Shown: positions 9,854 through 19,278, counted from the first letter of the stretch. The stretch is DNA of 64,000 nucleotides from a bacterium (GCA_963676395.1 OY781066.1:2208001-2272000), one strand, 5' to 3'. Numbers and translations: made by a program. Notes: a model not told the origin generated them from the sequence alone.

Positions 9854-11776
9854 TTACTGTTCACCGGAAAGAATTTCCTGCAATTCCAACCAGCGTAATT
9901 CGGCCTCTTCCAATTCATTTGAAACCCGTTCGTGCTCGCGTGAAAGGCTACCCATTTCTTCAAGAGATTTATTCTTAAAATCAGGTGAAATGAACATTGT
10001 ATCCAACTCTTTTTTGCGGGCTGAGTTTTTTTCGATAATCGTGTCAAGTTTCGCGATTTCTTCTCGCAGTCCTTTTTGCGCTTTGTAGCGTTGTTGACGC
10101 TCTTGGGCCTCACGTCGCTTTTGGGCTTTGCGATCGAGTTGGTGAATGACCTTTTCTTCTGTTGTTTCGGGTAATTCATCAACTTTAAGGAATTTATCTT
10201 CGTATTCGGAATAGTTTCCCAGGAATTCTTTGGCATGTTTGTCTTTGAAATGGATGACTTTTGTGACCAGCATATCTAAAAAGAATCTATCGTGAGAAAC
10301 AATAAGTACCGAGCCTTCAAAATCATCCAGTGCTGAGGCCAGGATCTCCTTGCTTTGCATATCAAGGTGGTTGGTAGGTTCATCGAGAATGAGAAAATTT
10401 GCTTTGGATAACAATAGCTTGATAAGTGCCATTCGACTTTTTTCACCACCGCTTAGGACGCCGACGGGTTTATCGACATCATCACCTGAGAATAAAAATC
10501 GACCCAGGAGCGATCTGACCTCATTCTTGGGCATAAAAGGGGCAGAGTTCCAAATTTCATCAAGAACGGTATTGCTGGCATTTAGCTGCTCCAAATGGTG
10601 CTGAGCAAAGTAACCGATTTGCAGGTTATAACCGAGAGCCAGTTTACCTTCATTTCCCTTTAGATCGCCGGTGATAAGCTTCATTAAGGTCGATTTTCCC
10701 ACGCCGTTGGGACCGACCAAAGCGGCCTTCTCGCCACGGCGAAGTTCAAAATTGGAGTCTGTGAATATGGGATCCACTTCATATGCAAAACCCAGCTGAT
10801 GTGCCGCGACTACCGGGTCACCGGAGCGTTCCGGTTTATTGAAAGTAAGTTTCATGGTTGCACTTGAGCCGGTATTGACTTCTTTGACTTTGATTTTAGA
10901 TAATTGTTTAACACGACTTTGGACTTGTTTGGCTTTTGAAGCCTTGTATCGAAAGCGCTCAACAAATTGTTCCATATGGGCAACTTTGCGTTGCTGATTG
11001 CGCATTACGGCTATGTCATGCTCTATACGAGATTCCTTTTGAACCTCGTAGTCGGTGTAATTTCCCGAGTAGAGAATAACTTTTCCGTTATCGACTTCAA
11101 TGACGGAGTTAATGATCTTATCTAAAAAGTATCTATCATGCGAAACCATGATCAATGTACCCTTATATGTCGAAAGAAGGTTTTCCAACCAAACCAAAGT
11201 TTCCATATCTAAATGGTTTGTGGGTTCATCAAGCATGAGACAATCGGGTTCCTGTAACAATATTTTTGCTAAAGCAATACGCATATGCCAACCACCGGAA
11301 AATTCGGAGACAGGTCGTTGAAAATCATTTTCTTTGAAACCCAAACCTGTAAGGATCTCTTTAGCTCGTGACTCCGTGGCATATCCGTTCATTTGATGAA
11401 AGCGTTCTTGCAATTGATCATACGCTTGGAGTAACTCAGGTGTACTGTCTTCGGAGATACGGTTTTCGAGAGATCGCATTTCTTTTTCAAGCTTATAAAT
11501 ATGCTCAAAAACAGTCAGAACTTCTTCTAACAGTCTGGTACCTGTATCTTCATATTTAATTTCCTGCTGCAAGTAGGCCACTTTGGTGTCTTTCGGAACA
11601 ACAACTTGACCTTCGTTTGCTTCGCTTAATCCGGCAATAATCTTTAATAAGGTGGATTTTCCCGATCCGTTTTGTCCCACTAAGCCAAAATGCTTGCCCG
11701 GTGGCAGGGACAAGGAGCAACGATCCAAAACCGTTTGAGTCCCAAAATTTACAGAAATGTCGATTAATTGTATCAT
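9854..11776 (-). CDS. ABC-F family ATP-binding protein
   Basis: Two ABC cassettes (GQNGSGKS/FSGGW/DEPTNHLD and GPNGVGKS/LSGGE/DEPTNHLD), no TM segments, C-terminal coiled coil. Confidence 0.93.
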   Translation of the reverse strand: MIQLIDISVNFGTQTVLDRCSLSLPPGKHFGLVGQNGSGKSTLLKIIAGLSEANEGQVVVPKDTKVAYLQQEIKYEDTGTRLLEEVLTVFEHIYKLEKEMRSLENRISEDSTPELLQAYDQLQERFHQMNGYATESRAKEILTGLGFKENDFQRPVSEFSGGWHMRIALAKILLQEPDCLMLDEPTNHLDMETLVWLENLLSTYKGTLIMVSHDRYFLDKIINSVIEVDNGKVILYSGNYTDYEVQKESRIEHDIAVMRNQQRKVAHMEQFVERFRYKASKAKQVQSRVKQLSKIKVKEVNTGSSATMKLTFNKPERSGDPVVAAHQLGFAYEVDPIFTDSNFELRRGEKAALVGPNGVGKSTLMKLITGDLKGNEGKLALGYNLQIGYFAQHHLEQLNASNTVLDEIWNSAPFMPKNEVRSLLGRFLFSGDDVDKPVGVLSGGEKSRMALIKLLLSKANFLILDEPTNHLDMQSKEILASALDDFEGSVLIVSHDRFFLDMLVTKVIHFKDKHAKEFLGNYSEYEDKFLKVDELPETTEEKVIHQLDRKAQKRREAQERQQRYKAQKGLREEIAKLDTIIEKNSARKKELDTMFISPDFKNKSLEEMGSLSREHERVSNELEEAELRWLELQEILSGEQ

Positions 11777-11827
11777 GCGCGGAATTTAAAGTTAAAGGGA
11801 AAAAGGGAAAAGGAAAAAGTGTAATAA

Positions 11828-11946
11828 AGTGAATAGTAAGTAGTGAACAGTGAGTAGTAAATAGTGAGTAGTAAATAGTGAGTGGTAAATAGTGAGTGGT
11901 AAATAGTGAGTGGTAAACGGTGAGTGGTAAACGGTGAGTGGTGAAC
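11828..11946 (+). repeat. Tandem array of 17 heptamers with a 14-bp higher-order unit (AGTGAGT-RGTAAAY)
   Basis: Counted directly from the sequence; units drift from agtaaat to ggtaaat to ggtaaac. Confidence 0.95.
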
Positions 11947-11975
11947 GGTTGTGAATAGTTTGTGTTTTCTACTTT

Positions 11976-12000
11976 AATATTGTGATCTGCGTCACATATT
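11976..12000. promoter_or_regulatory. CRP/FNR-family-like palindromic site
   Basis: aatat-TGTGA-tctgcg-TCACA-tatt, about 80 bp upstream of the four-helix-bundle gene. Confidence 0.5.
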
Positions 12001-12075
12001 TAAGTGTATAAATAATAATACTTTACGGTTTTAGGATAGTCCACTAAATTTGAGTGTTAAAATAGGGGACGAAAT

Positions 12076-12438
12076 ATGAAAACTCACCACGATCTTGATG
12101 TTTGGAAAGATTCTTTGGATTTGTGTGAATCCATATATCTTGAGACAGAAAATTTTCCTAAAAAGGAGAATAATGGGCTTGTGTCCCAAATGAGAAGAGC
12201 AGCAGTATCAGTTTCATCAAATATTGCTGAAGGGGCTGCCAGGTCAAGCGATAAAGACTTTTTACGTTTTCTGCATTATTCAATGGGTTCAGTTTCAGAA
12301 TTGGAAACTCACATAATTTTAGCAACTCGCATGAAATTTGTACAAGATAATCAACTTCTTTTAACTGAATTGTATTCGGTAAAGAAATTATTATCCGGCT
12401 TAATCAATTATATCAAAAGACGGATAGAGAAGAAGTAA
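12076..12438 (+). CDS. Four helix bundle protein (23S rRNA IVP / TIGR02436-like)
   Basis: DLDVWK, FPKKE..GLVSQMRRAAVSVSSNIAEG, FL..SMGSVSELET. Confidence 0.92.
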   Translation: MKTHHDLDVWKDSLDLCESIYLETENFPKKENNGLVSQMRRAAVSVSSNIAEGAARSSDKDFLRFLHYSMGSVSELETHIILATRMKFVQDNQLLLTELYSVKKLLSGLINYIKRRIEKK

Positions 12439-12528
12439 ACAGTAAACAGTAAACAGTGAGCAGTAAACGGTGAACAGTAAACGGATGTGAGTAGTCTACT
12501 TACGACTGTTCACTATTTACTGTTCACT
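12434..12528. repeat. Seven heptamers (AGTAAAC-type) followed by an inverted copy
   Basis: agtaaac x3, agtgagc, agtaaac, ggtgaac, agtaaac at 12434-12482; actgttcactatttactgttcact at 12505-12528. Confidence 0.85.
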
Positions 12529-12537
12529 GAATTTGTT

Positions 12538-14910
12538 TTATTTTTCAAGTGCTAATTCAAGTACATCCATCATATCCGATACGAAATGAAATTCAAGATC
12601 TTCACGAATTTCTTCGGGAATGTCATCGAGGTCTTTTTCGTTTCGTTTAGGCAGGAGGATGGTTTTTAGTCCTGCACGATGTGCGGCAATGACTTTTTCT
12701 TTGATTCCGCCAACGGGAAGAACCGAACCACGCAGTGTGATCTCGCCGGTCATGGCAAGGTCATTTTTGATCTTACGATCGGTTAGTACCGAGACGACAG
12801 AAGAAAGCAATGTTACACCTGCAGAGGGACCGTCTTTGGGAATGGCACCGGCAGGAATATGGATATGTAGATCCCATTCTTTATCGTAGCGTTCTTTTAC
12901 ACCTAGTTGCGGAGCATTGGAACGAATGAATGAAAGGGCGGCTTGTGCTGATTCTTTCATGACGTCACCAAGCTGTCCGGTAAGTTGTAATTTCCCTTCG
13001 CCGGGCATTTTAGTGCTTTCGATAAAGAGAATGTCTCCACCGACTTGCGTCCATGCCAAACCAATGGCAATTCCGGGTTGTTTCATGCGTTCAGCCTGAT
13101 CGTTGTAGAATTTCTGTTTACCCAGGTATTTTTCAACGGCTTTTTCATGAATGGTCTTTTTACGGAAACGAGCGCTTTCGACTTTTTCTTTCGCGACTTT
13201 TCTTGCCACATGTCCAATCTCTCTATCGAGAGAACGCACACCGGCTTCACGTGTATAGTTTTGAATGATGGTGCGAACACCTTCTTCGTTGAACTCAATA
13301 TCCTTCTTGCTAAGACCATGTTCTTTAACTTGCTTGGGGATGAGGAATTTCTTGGCAATGTGAGTTTTTTCGGGCAGCGTGTAACCTGAGAAATTGATGA
13401 GTTCCATACGATCTCTCAAAGGACCGGGGATCGTTTCGGGCCAGTTGGCCGTGGCAATGAACATGACATTGCTGAGATCGAAAGATGTTTCCAAATAATG
13501 ATCGGAGAACGAATAGTTCTGTTCCGGATCAAGGACTTCCAGCAGAGCACTGGAGGGATCGCCTTTGTAATCTGCGCCCAATTTATCGATCTCATCTAAA
13601 ATAAAGATCGGATTGTTTGAGCCGGATTTCTTAATGCCTTGGATAATTCTACCGGGCATTGCACCGATATAGGTTCTACGGTGACCGCGGATCTCAGCTT
13701 CATCGCGTACACCACCTAAAGACATGCGATGTACATTTCGACCCATGGCTCGGGCAATGGATTTTGCCACCGAGGTTTTTCCTGTTCCCGGAGGGCCTAC
13801 AAAGCAAAGAATTGGACCTTTAACCACAGAATCCGGATCGGTCTCGAGCTTTAGCTTTCGCACGGCGAGATATTCAAGAATACGCAATTTGATCTTGTCA
13901 AGACCATAATGATCTTCGTTTAGTATCTTCTCGGCATTTTTAAGGTCGATCTCATCTTCGGTGGATGTTGACCAGGGAAGCTCGGAAATAAGCTCAAGGT
14001 AGGAGAGAGAGACGTTATATTCGGGTGATTGCTTGGATACGCGTTGCAGTCTTTCAATTTCCGCATCGGCCGCTTTCTTGGCATCTTCGGGCAGATCCAC
14101 TTCATCGAGTTTCTTTTTGATCTCTTTTACTCGGGCATCTTCGTCATCCCCCAATTCTTTACGAATGGCTTTCATTTGCTCACGAAGATAGTATTCACGC
14201 TGATTTTTGCTGATGTTTTCTTTAACATCCAACTGGATCTTTTCACCGATTTTAGCTTTCTCGAATTCATCATGCAAGATGGCCGCGGTTTCTGCCAGTC
14301 GTTTGTTAATATCGAATTGTTCCAGAATATGTTGTTTTTCATCGACTGAGATGTTCAGCATGGAACAGATCACATCGGCGAGATTACCATCTCCGACAGC
14401 GTTCATCATCATGGTAATGTTATCTTTTGAAAGATAATCACTGATGTCTACAAATTCACGGAATTGTTCTTTTAGTCGCTCGCGAATGGCTACACTCTCA
14501 ATACTATCGTCCTGAGATTCTTGCAAACGCTGAACGATACCGTGATAATAGGGTTCTGTTTTAGTCAGTGCATGGATCTCAACACGATCAAGTCCCTGCA
14601 CGATCACTGAGCGGCTTTTATCGGGCATGGTAAAGACTTTGACGATCTTAGCCAATGTACCATATCGATAAAGATCATCTTCTTTGGGGTGTTCAACTGC
14701 GACTTCCTTTTGCGCGACCACCACAAAGATCTGGTCTTCTTTCATAATATCGTTTAATAATCGTAGTGAATGCACACGTCCTACATAAAGTGGAATAATT
14801 TGCTGTGGAAAGAGAACGGTATTACGCAAAGGCATAATGGGAATCTCTTTTGGAGCATTGTATTCGTCGAGTAGTTTAAGGTCAAATTCTATGGGTTCGA
14901 ATTTATTCAT
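12538..14910 (-). CDS. lon: ATP-dependent protease La
   Basis: LON N-domain PLRNTVLFP, GPPGTGKT, DEIDK, PKDGPSAG catalytic Ser, GGIKEK. Confidence 0.97.
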   Translation of the reverse strand: MNKFEPIEFDLKLLDEYNAPKEIPIMPLRNTVLFPQQIIPLYVGRVHSLRLLNDIMKEDQIFVVVAQKEVAVEHPKEDDLYRYGTLAKIVKVFTMPDKSRSVIVQGLDRVEIHALTKTEPYYHGIVQRLQESQDDSIESVAIRERLKEQFREFVDISDYLSKDNITMMMNAVGDGNLADVICSMLNISVDEKQHILEQFDINKRLAETAAILHDEFEKAKIGEKIQLDVKENISKNQREYYLREQMKAIRKELGDDEDARVKEIKKKLDEVDLPEDAKKAADAEIERLQRVSKQSPEYNVSLSYLELISELPWSTSTEDEIDLKNAEKILNEDHYGLDKIKLRILEYLAVRKLKLETDPDSVVKGPILCFVGPPGTGKTSVAKSIARAMGRNVHRMSLGGVRDEAEIRGHRRTYIGAMPGRIIQGIKKSGSNNPIFILDEIDKLGADYKGDPSSALLEVLDPEQNYSFSDHYLETSFDLSNVMFIATANWPETIPGPLRDRMELINFSGYTLPEKTHIAKKFLIPKQVKEHGLSKKDIEFNEEGVRTIIQNYTREAGVRSLDREIGHVARKVAKEKVESARFRKKTIHEKAVEKYLGKQKFYNDQAERMKQPGIAIGLAWTQVGGDILFIESTKMPGEGKLQLTGQLGDVMKESAQAALSFIRSNAPQLGVKERYDKEWDLHIHIPAGAIPKDGPSAGVTLLSSVVSVLTDRKIKNDLAMTGEITLRGSVLPVGGIKEKVIAAHRAGLKTILLPKRNEKDLDDIPEEIREDLEFHFVSDMMDVLELALEK

Positions 14911-14941
14911 ATATTTTCCTTTTGTTTCATTTCAATTCGGA

Positions 14942-15014
14942 GTAGAGACGCAATGTTTGCGTCTCTAAACTGTTCAATCATATCTTGTCAAGGAGACGCA
15001 GGCAATGCGTCTCT
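14942..15014. repeat. Two GTAG-type REP-like palindromes
   Basis: gtagagacgcaa-tgt-ttgcgtctcta and ggagacgca-ggcaa-tgcgtctcta. Confidence 0.7.
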
Positions 15015-15097
15015 AGCATGCGTAATAAAAGACATTTATTCATGGAACCCCGAAGCGTCGGGGCGACCGTTCCTTACATGATGTAAAGTCTTATTCC

Positions 15098-15141
15098 GTC
15101 GTCCTGAAACGCTGGCTTTGGCCGGCGGGGTTCAGGATCTC
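15098..15141. repeat. GTC(A/G)TCCTGAA...TTCAGGATCT palindromic repeat
   Basis: Same ends as the element at 18802-18860. Confidence 0.6.
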
Positions 15142-15148
15142 TTTTTGT

Positions 15149-15305
15149 GTCATCCCGAGCGTAGTCGAGGGATCTCAAATGATAGTGCTTATTACTTGCA
15201 AAGAGTGTATATATTGCAAGAAAATCACTATCATTGCGACATTTAAAAAGAGTAACATGGATATATACTCTAAGTTTTGGATTTCTCCACTGCGGTCGAA
15301 ATGAC
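15149..15305. mobile_element. MITE-like element with GTCAT...ATGAC termini, copy 1
   Basis: gtcatcccgagcgtagtcgagggatctc...cggtcgaaatgac; ~55-bp core shared with copy 2. Confidence 0.65.
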
Positions 15306-15359
15306 AGCTTAATCTTTTTATATCAAATAACTTTCTTACTAACTACTAATTACTTATAG

Positions 15360-16430
15360 TCACTCGTCACTTTCTTCTTCTTCAGGCTCCGGTTTGGGAT
15401 ATGCCTCCGGATCTAAAATAAATCCCGGTTTCTTGGCATTTGTACGACCATCCTGTTTGATCTTGAAGCTTTTAATGGTCGCTGAACCTTGCTGAGGCAT
15501 AATATAAAACAATCTTAGGATACGCACAACCCTCATAGTCACGCGCTCATCAGATTTCTTGTTATAAATATCATATGTTTGTCCGGGCCAATGTCCACTT
15601 TGCATTTGTTTAGAACGTAACCAGGCTAACATTTCTGCAATCCGAGGATCTTCTGCAGAAATATTTAAGCGGGCGCAGACTTCCAAAACACTCAATACGC
15701 CGCCTGCGAAAGAACCTTCGAGCATGCAATCGTTGCTAAGGACTTCCCAAGCGATCTTACCTTCAATGATACCACCTGTATTTTCTACAAAAAGGTGAGA
15801 TAGAACAAACTCAACACCCTTTCGGACTTTGGTATTTTTCATGTATTTGATGCAATAGGAAAACGCGTGCAGGACCTTAACGGTGAGCCAGACATCTGAG
15901 TGCCCGTCTTTTGTAGTTCCCCAACCTTTGTCATCATTTTGTTGTTTAAGTAACCATTTAAGGTTTTTTTCTACAAAAGGATTGTTTATGACTCCAAATT
16001 CAAGCAAGGTTTCAATGATAAAAGCATTCCCCGCCAAGGAGACGGGAAAAGAACCATCTTCTTGCTGAAACTTAATAATGAGCACCAAGGCACGTTCGAC
16101 TGACGTCATTTTGCGATTACAGTTATAAAAACGCAATTCTTTCACGATGGAAGCGATCTTTAGCAGCATTTCTTCCTCGCGGCCTTCTTCGAATTTATCG
16201 ATATTGTTCAAAATTCGTTCTAAGGTAAGCAAGAGGTTGATGCGGCGTTGAGCGGTTTTGACCTCCTGTTCGGTTTTAAGCAATGCCTCGTCATCATGAT
16301 CGAATAATAAAAAATTCTTATACAGATCGTAGCGAATTGGAGCATGATAGCCGTGATACAGAACGGTAATTGGGTCGTATGGTAGCTCATTTCTAAACCA
16401 CTTGACAAGTTTTGGATTTTTGTGAAACAT
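15360..16430 (-). CDS. Prenyltransferase/squalene-oxidase (QW) repeat protein
   Basis: Repeated QW-type motifs QQEDGSF, QQNDDKGW, KQMQSGHW; acidic tail. Confidence 0.65.
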   Translation of the reverse strand: MFHKNPKLVKWFRNELPYDPITVLYHGYHAPIRYDLYKNFLLFDHDDEALLKTEQEVKTAQRRINLLLTLERILNNIDKFEEGREEEMLLKIASIVKELRFYNCNRKMTSVERALVLIIKFQQEDGSFPVSLAGNAFIIETLLEFGVINNPFVEKNLKWLLKQQNDDKGWGTTKDGHSDVWLTVKVLHAFSYCIKYMKNTKVRKGVEFVLSHLFVENTGGIIEGKIAWEVLSNDCMLEGSFAGGVLSVLEVCARLNISAEDPRIAEMLAWLRSKQMQSGHWPGQTYDIYNKKSDERVTMRVVRILRLFYIMPQQGSATIKSFKIKQDGRTNAKKPGFILDPEAYPKPEPEEEESDE

Positions 16431-16463
16431 TTATATTCCTGTTTTATTGTTGTTTTTCATGGA

Positions 16464-16490
16464 GTAGAGATGCAGGCACTGCGTTTCTAC
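16464..16490. repeat. GTAG-type REP-like palindrome
   Basis: gtagagatgcag-gca-ctgcgtttctac. Confidence 0.65.
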
Positions 16491-16503
16491 TATTTCCTGC
16501 TTT

Positions 16504-16676
16504 GTCATCCCGAGTGTGGTCGAGGGAGCTCAAACGATATTGTATGTTAGATGCAAAGTGCGCTTATGTTGCAAGAAAATCACTATCGTTGCGACATTTA
16601 AGATGAGTAACATGGATGTTTACTCTTTGTTTGAGATTTCTCCGCTTCGTTCGTACCTCACTTCGGTCGAAATGAC
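16504..16676. mobile_element. MITE-like element, copy 2 (direct repeat of copy 1)
   Basis: gtcatcccgagtgtggtcgagggagctc...cggtcgaaatgac; shared core ttgcaagaaaatcactatc.ttgcgacattta. Confidence 0.65.
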
Positions 16677-16680
16677 AGCT

Positions 16681-17910
16681 TTATTTTCGTTTTCGTAAAA
16701 CCTTACCTTCCGCCATAACCATTTTCGGGAAAGCGCCCAAATGTAAAGGATCTTTATCCCAGACTACCAATGAGGCCCATTTGCCTTTCTCGATGGTACC
16801 GAGATATTCATCAATGCCAAGAATGCCGGCAGGTTTCCGTGTAATTAAAGAAATCGCATCGACGTCACTCATTCCGTGGATCATAAAATATTTCAATGTA
16901 TCGCGTAAGGAGGTCGATAAAATCACAGGGTGATCTGAGATCAATGCATAATCGGCATTGGAGTCCATAAGTAGCTTAACATTTTGGTAATAACTGTGTT
17001 TTAGCTCGACTTTATAGCCCAATGATGCCAAGGGGCCGTACATAATGGGGATGCCCGCTTTTGCCAGTTCATTGAAAATGCTTTTATGCCAAACATCCGC
17101 AGTGTGCTCAGCCGTAACCTTTAGTCCGTATTTTTCTTTTAATTTGATCAAATACAGCACATCATCTTCTTTATGCACATGCACTTTAGCGGTTTTTTCA
17201 CCGCTGAGCAGTTTGATGTAATCGTTATCTTCGGTAGAAAATTTAAAATTATAATCAACCGTGATATCTGTGATCATCTGGTTGAATTCGTCTTTAGATA
17301 TCTCAGCTTTAGCCAGTTTATTTTCTGCTGCGCGAATGGCTTTATCTTTCTCATGATCGGCTTTATGTTTTTTTAATAAAACTTCGTCAAATTTTCTTTC
17401 AAGAATGCCGTAAACGCCCATGCGAGTATCGGGACGGTGACCTTTCCAATCTGCCGTTGAGCGAGGGTTATATCCCAAGGCCATTTTATAACCGTAGTCC
17501 AGGACTTCCACATCCTTGCGATTTTCGGCAAAGTTACGGATCACTTTAGCCTTACCGCCAACTAAGTTGCCGGATCCCGGCACGATACAAGAATAAAGAT
17601 GACCAAAATCCACTGCATCCTGAAAAGCACGATCATCCAGATAGATACTGTCAATAGGATCGTTTGAAATTAAAAATTGAGAGATCTTATCGTTGGTTTC
17701 CCCTTCTTGATAGGGTTCACCTTCGCGATCCATGCCGATATGGCTGTGCCCGTCGATAAACGCCGGTGTTACGATGCCCTCGTAGTGGGCTTTATCTTGC
17801 TTGTCGGTGATATCGATGATTTGATTACCTTCAATGACGATGGCTTTGTTTTTAAGCTTTTTTTTACCGTCGTATAATTCGCTTGCGTTAATTATAATTT
17901 TTTTTGGCAT
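16681..17910 (-). CDS. Metal-dependent amidohydrolase (imidazolonepropionase-like)
   Basis: IDGHSHIG, VPGSGN, HVH, SDHP, LGTIEKGK. Confidence 0.85.
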   Translation of the reverse strand: MPKKIIINASELYDGKKKLKNKAIVIEGNQIIDITDKQDKAHYEGIVTPAFIDGHSHIGMDREGEPYQEGETNDKISQFLISNDPIDSIYLDDRAFQDAVDFGHLYSCIVPGSGNLVGGKAKVIRNFAENRKDVEVLDYGYKMALGYNPRSTADWKGHRPDTRMGVYGILERKFDEVLLKKHKADHEKDKAIRAAENKLAKAEISKDEFNQMITDITVDYNFKFSTEDNDYIKLLSGEKTAKVHVHKEDDVLYLIKLKEKYGLKVTAEHTADVWHKSIFNELAKAGIPIMYGPLASLGYKVELKHSYYQNVKLLMDSNADYALISDHPVILSTSLRDTLKYFMIHGMSDVDAISLITRKPAGILGIDEYLGTIEKGKWASLVVWDKDPLHLGAFPKMVMAEGKVLRKRK

Positions 17911-17932
17911 ATTGGTCCTTTATTATTATGAT

Positions 17933-18053
17933 GTCATCTTGACCGAAGCTTAGCGGAGTGGAGCGACCTCAAATTACTTAACTTAAGTTTCGCGTTTGGG
18001 ATTTATCCACTTCATTCCTTTGCCTGCGGCAGACTCATTACGGTCGAAATGAC
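17933..18053. mobile_element. MITE-like element, diverged copy 3
   Basis: gtcatcttgaccgaagc...cggtcgaaatgac termini with a different interior. Confidence 0.55.
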
Positions 18054-18133
18054 AATTATCTCTTATCAAACGAGATGCGATAAATCGCATCTTTACAATC
18101 GCGCAGATTATATTTATCTGTGCAATCTGTGGT

Positions 18134-18790
18134 TTATTTTATTCTTTTCTTCATCTCTTTTATCGTTTTTACAGGATCATCGCTTTTAAACACTACGCTC
18201 CCTGCGACAAACACTTCCACCCCCAGCTTGGATACTTCCTCAATATTCCCAAGATGGATACCGCCATCGATTTGGATAAGGTAGGGGAGTTTGAGTTCTT
18301 GTTTTAGCGTTGCCAGTTCAATAGCTTTGTCGTTGGCGCTGTCGATATATGATTGCCCGCCAAAACCCGGTTCTACAGACATGATCAGCACATAATCGCA
18401 GAGCGGCAGGAATTTCTTGATCGCATCGACGGAAGTGTTGGGCTTGATAACCAATCCTGCTTTTACCCCGTGTTTGCGAATATGCTTGAGTGTTTTCTCG
18501 GGTGTCTCCGAGGCTTCAATGTGGAAGCTCAGCCAGTCCGCACCGGCCTCGATATACCAGTCGATGGTTTCATCCGGATTCGTGATCATTAAATGCACAT
18601 CTAAGGGTAAATTCGTGATCTTGCGTATTTTTGCGATCACAGGAGGTCCAAATGTCAAGTTTGGTACAAAATGGCCATCCATTATATCGCAGTGCACCCA
18701 ATCGGCACCTGCTTTTTCAAGCATGTGGATCTCGGACTCGATGTTCATGAAGTCAGAGGATAGGATAGAGGGAGCGATGAGTTTTTTCAT
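18134..18790 (-). CDS. rpe: Ribulose-phosphate 3-epimerase
   Basis: IAPSILS, HCDIMDGHFVPNLTFG, DVHLM, MSVEPGFGGQ, DGGI. Confidence 0.97.
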   Translation of the reverse strand: MKKLIAPSILSSDFMNIESEIHMLEKAGADWVHCDIMDGHFVPNLTFGPPVIAKIRKITNLPLDVHLMITNPDETIDWYIEAGADWLSFHIEASETPEKTLKHIRKHGVKAGLVIKPNTSVDAIKKFLPLCDYVLIMSVEPGFGGQSYIDSANDKAIELATLKQELKLPYLIQIDGGIHLGNIEEVSKLGVEVFVAGSVVFKSDDPVKTIKEMKKRIK

Positions 18791-18801
18791 GAGGGTTCTC
18801 C

Positions 18802-18860
18802 GTCATCCTGAAATCCGCCGAATCCGTCGGCTGACGGAGAGGGAGGAGAGTTCAGGATCT
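18802..18860. repeat. GTCATCCTGAA...TTCAGGATCT palindromic repeat abutting the rpe RBS
   Basis: Termini visible directly. Confidence 0.6.
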
Positions 18861-18882
18861 TAAAAGCATTATTTACGGTAAT

Positions 18883-18910
18883 GTAGGGGCGACTCGCGAG
18901 TCGGCTGTAC
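18883..18910. repeat. GTAG-type REP-like palindrome
   Basis: gtaggggcgactcgcgagtcggctgtac. Confidence 0.55.
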
Positions 18911-19278
18911 GCTGTCAATATTATACCTAAAAGTGTAGAAAATGAGGACGTGGCACAATGATGTGTTTTAGTCCCAAATATTGGTTTGATGAATGTAAAG
19001 AGGAATAGCAGATGGAAATACACAATAGCTCTATCCTTTACCGTGTTAACGGTCGTGGAGTGGTTGATCCAAGACTGATCGTATGTGCGTGTTTCCATCA
19101 TAGTTTTCAATGCATTTGTTTCAAATACTGTAGAACTTAATTCTAAAATGCCTCATTTCAAACATAAATAGGAGGAAAGTCGATGAGGTCGATGAAGGTT
19201 GATAAATGCGTTGAATTGCAGAATTATTCAACAGTGGAATCGTTGGGTCGTTCGGACTATGAATACGTTTATTCATAC

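Noticed and set aside
11828..11946. CRISPR array
   Set aside because: Contiguous 7/14-bp tandem units with no unique spacers and no cas genes.
12076..12438. Diversity-generating retroelement (Avd-like gene) or 23S rRNA intervening sequence
   Set aside because: No reverse transcriptase, no TR/VR pair and no rRNA sequence in the window.
18787..19110. 107-aa ORF upstream of rpe
   Set aside because: Runs through two palindromic repeats and has no recognisable motif; probably spurious.
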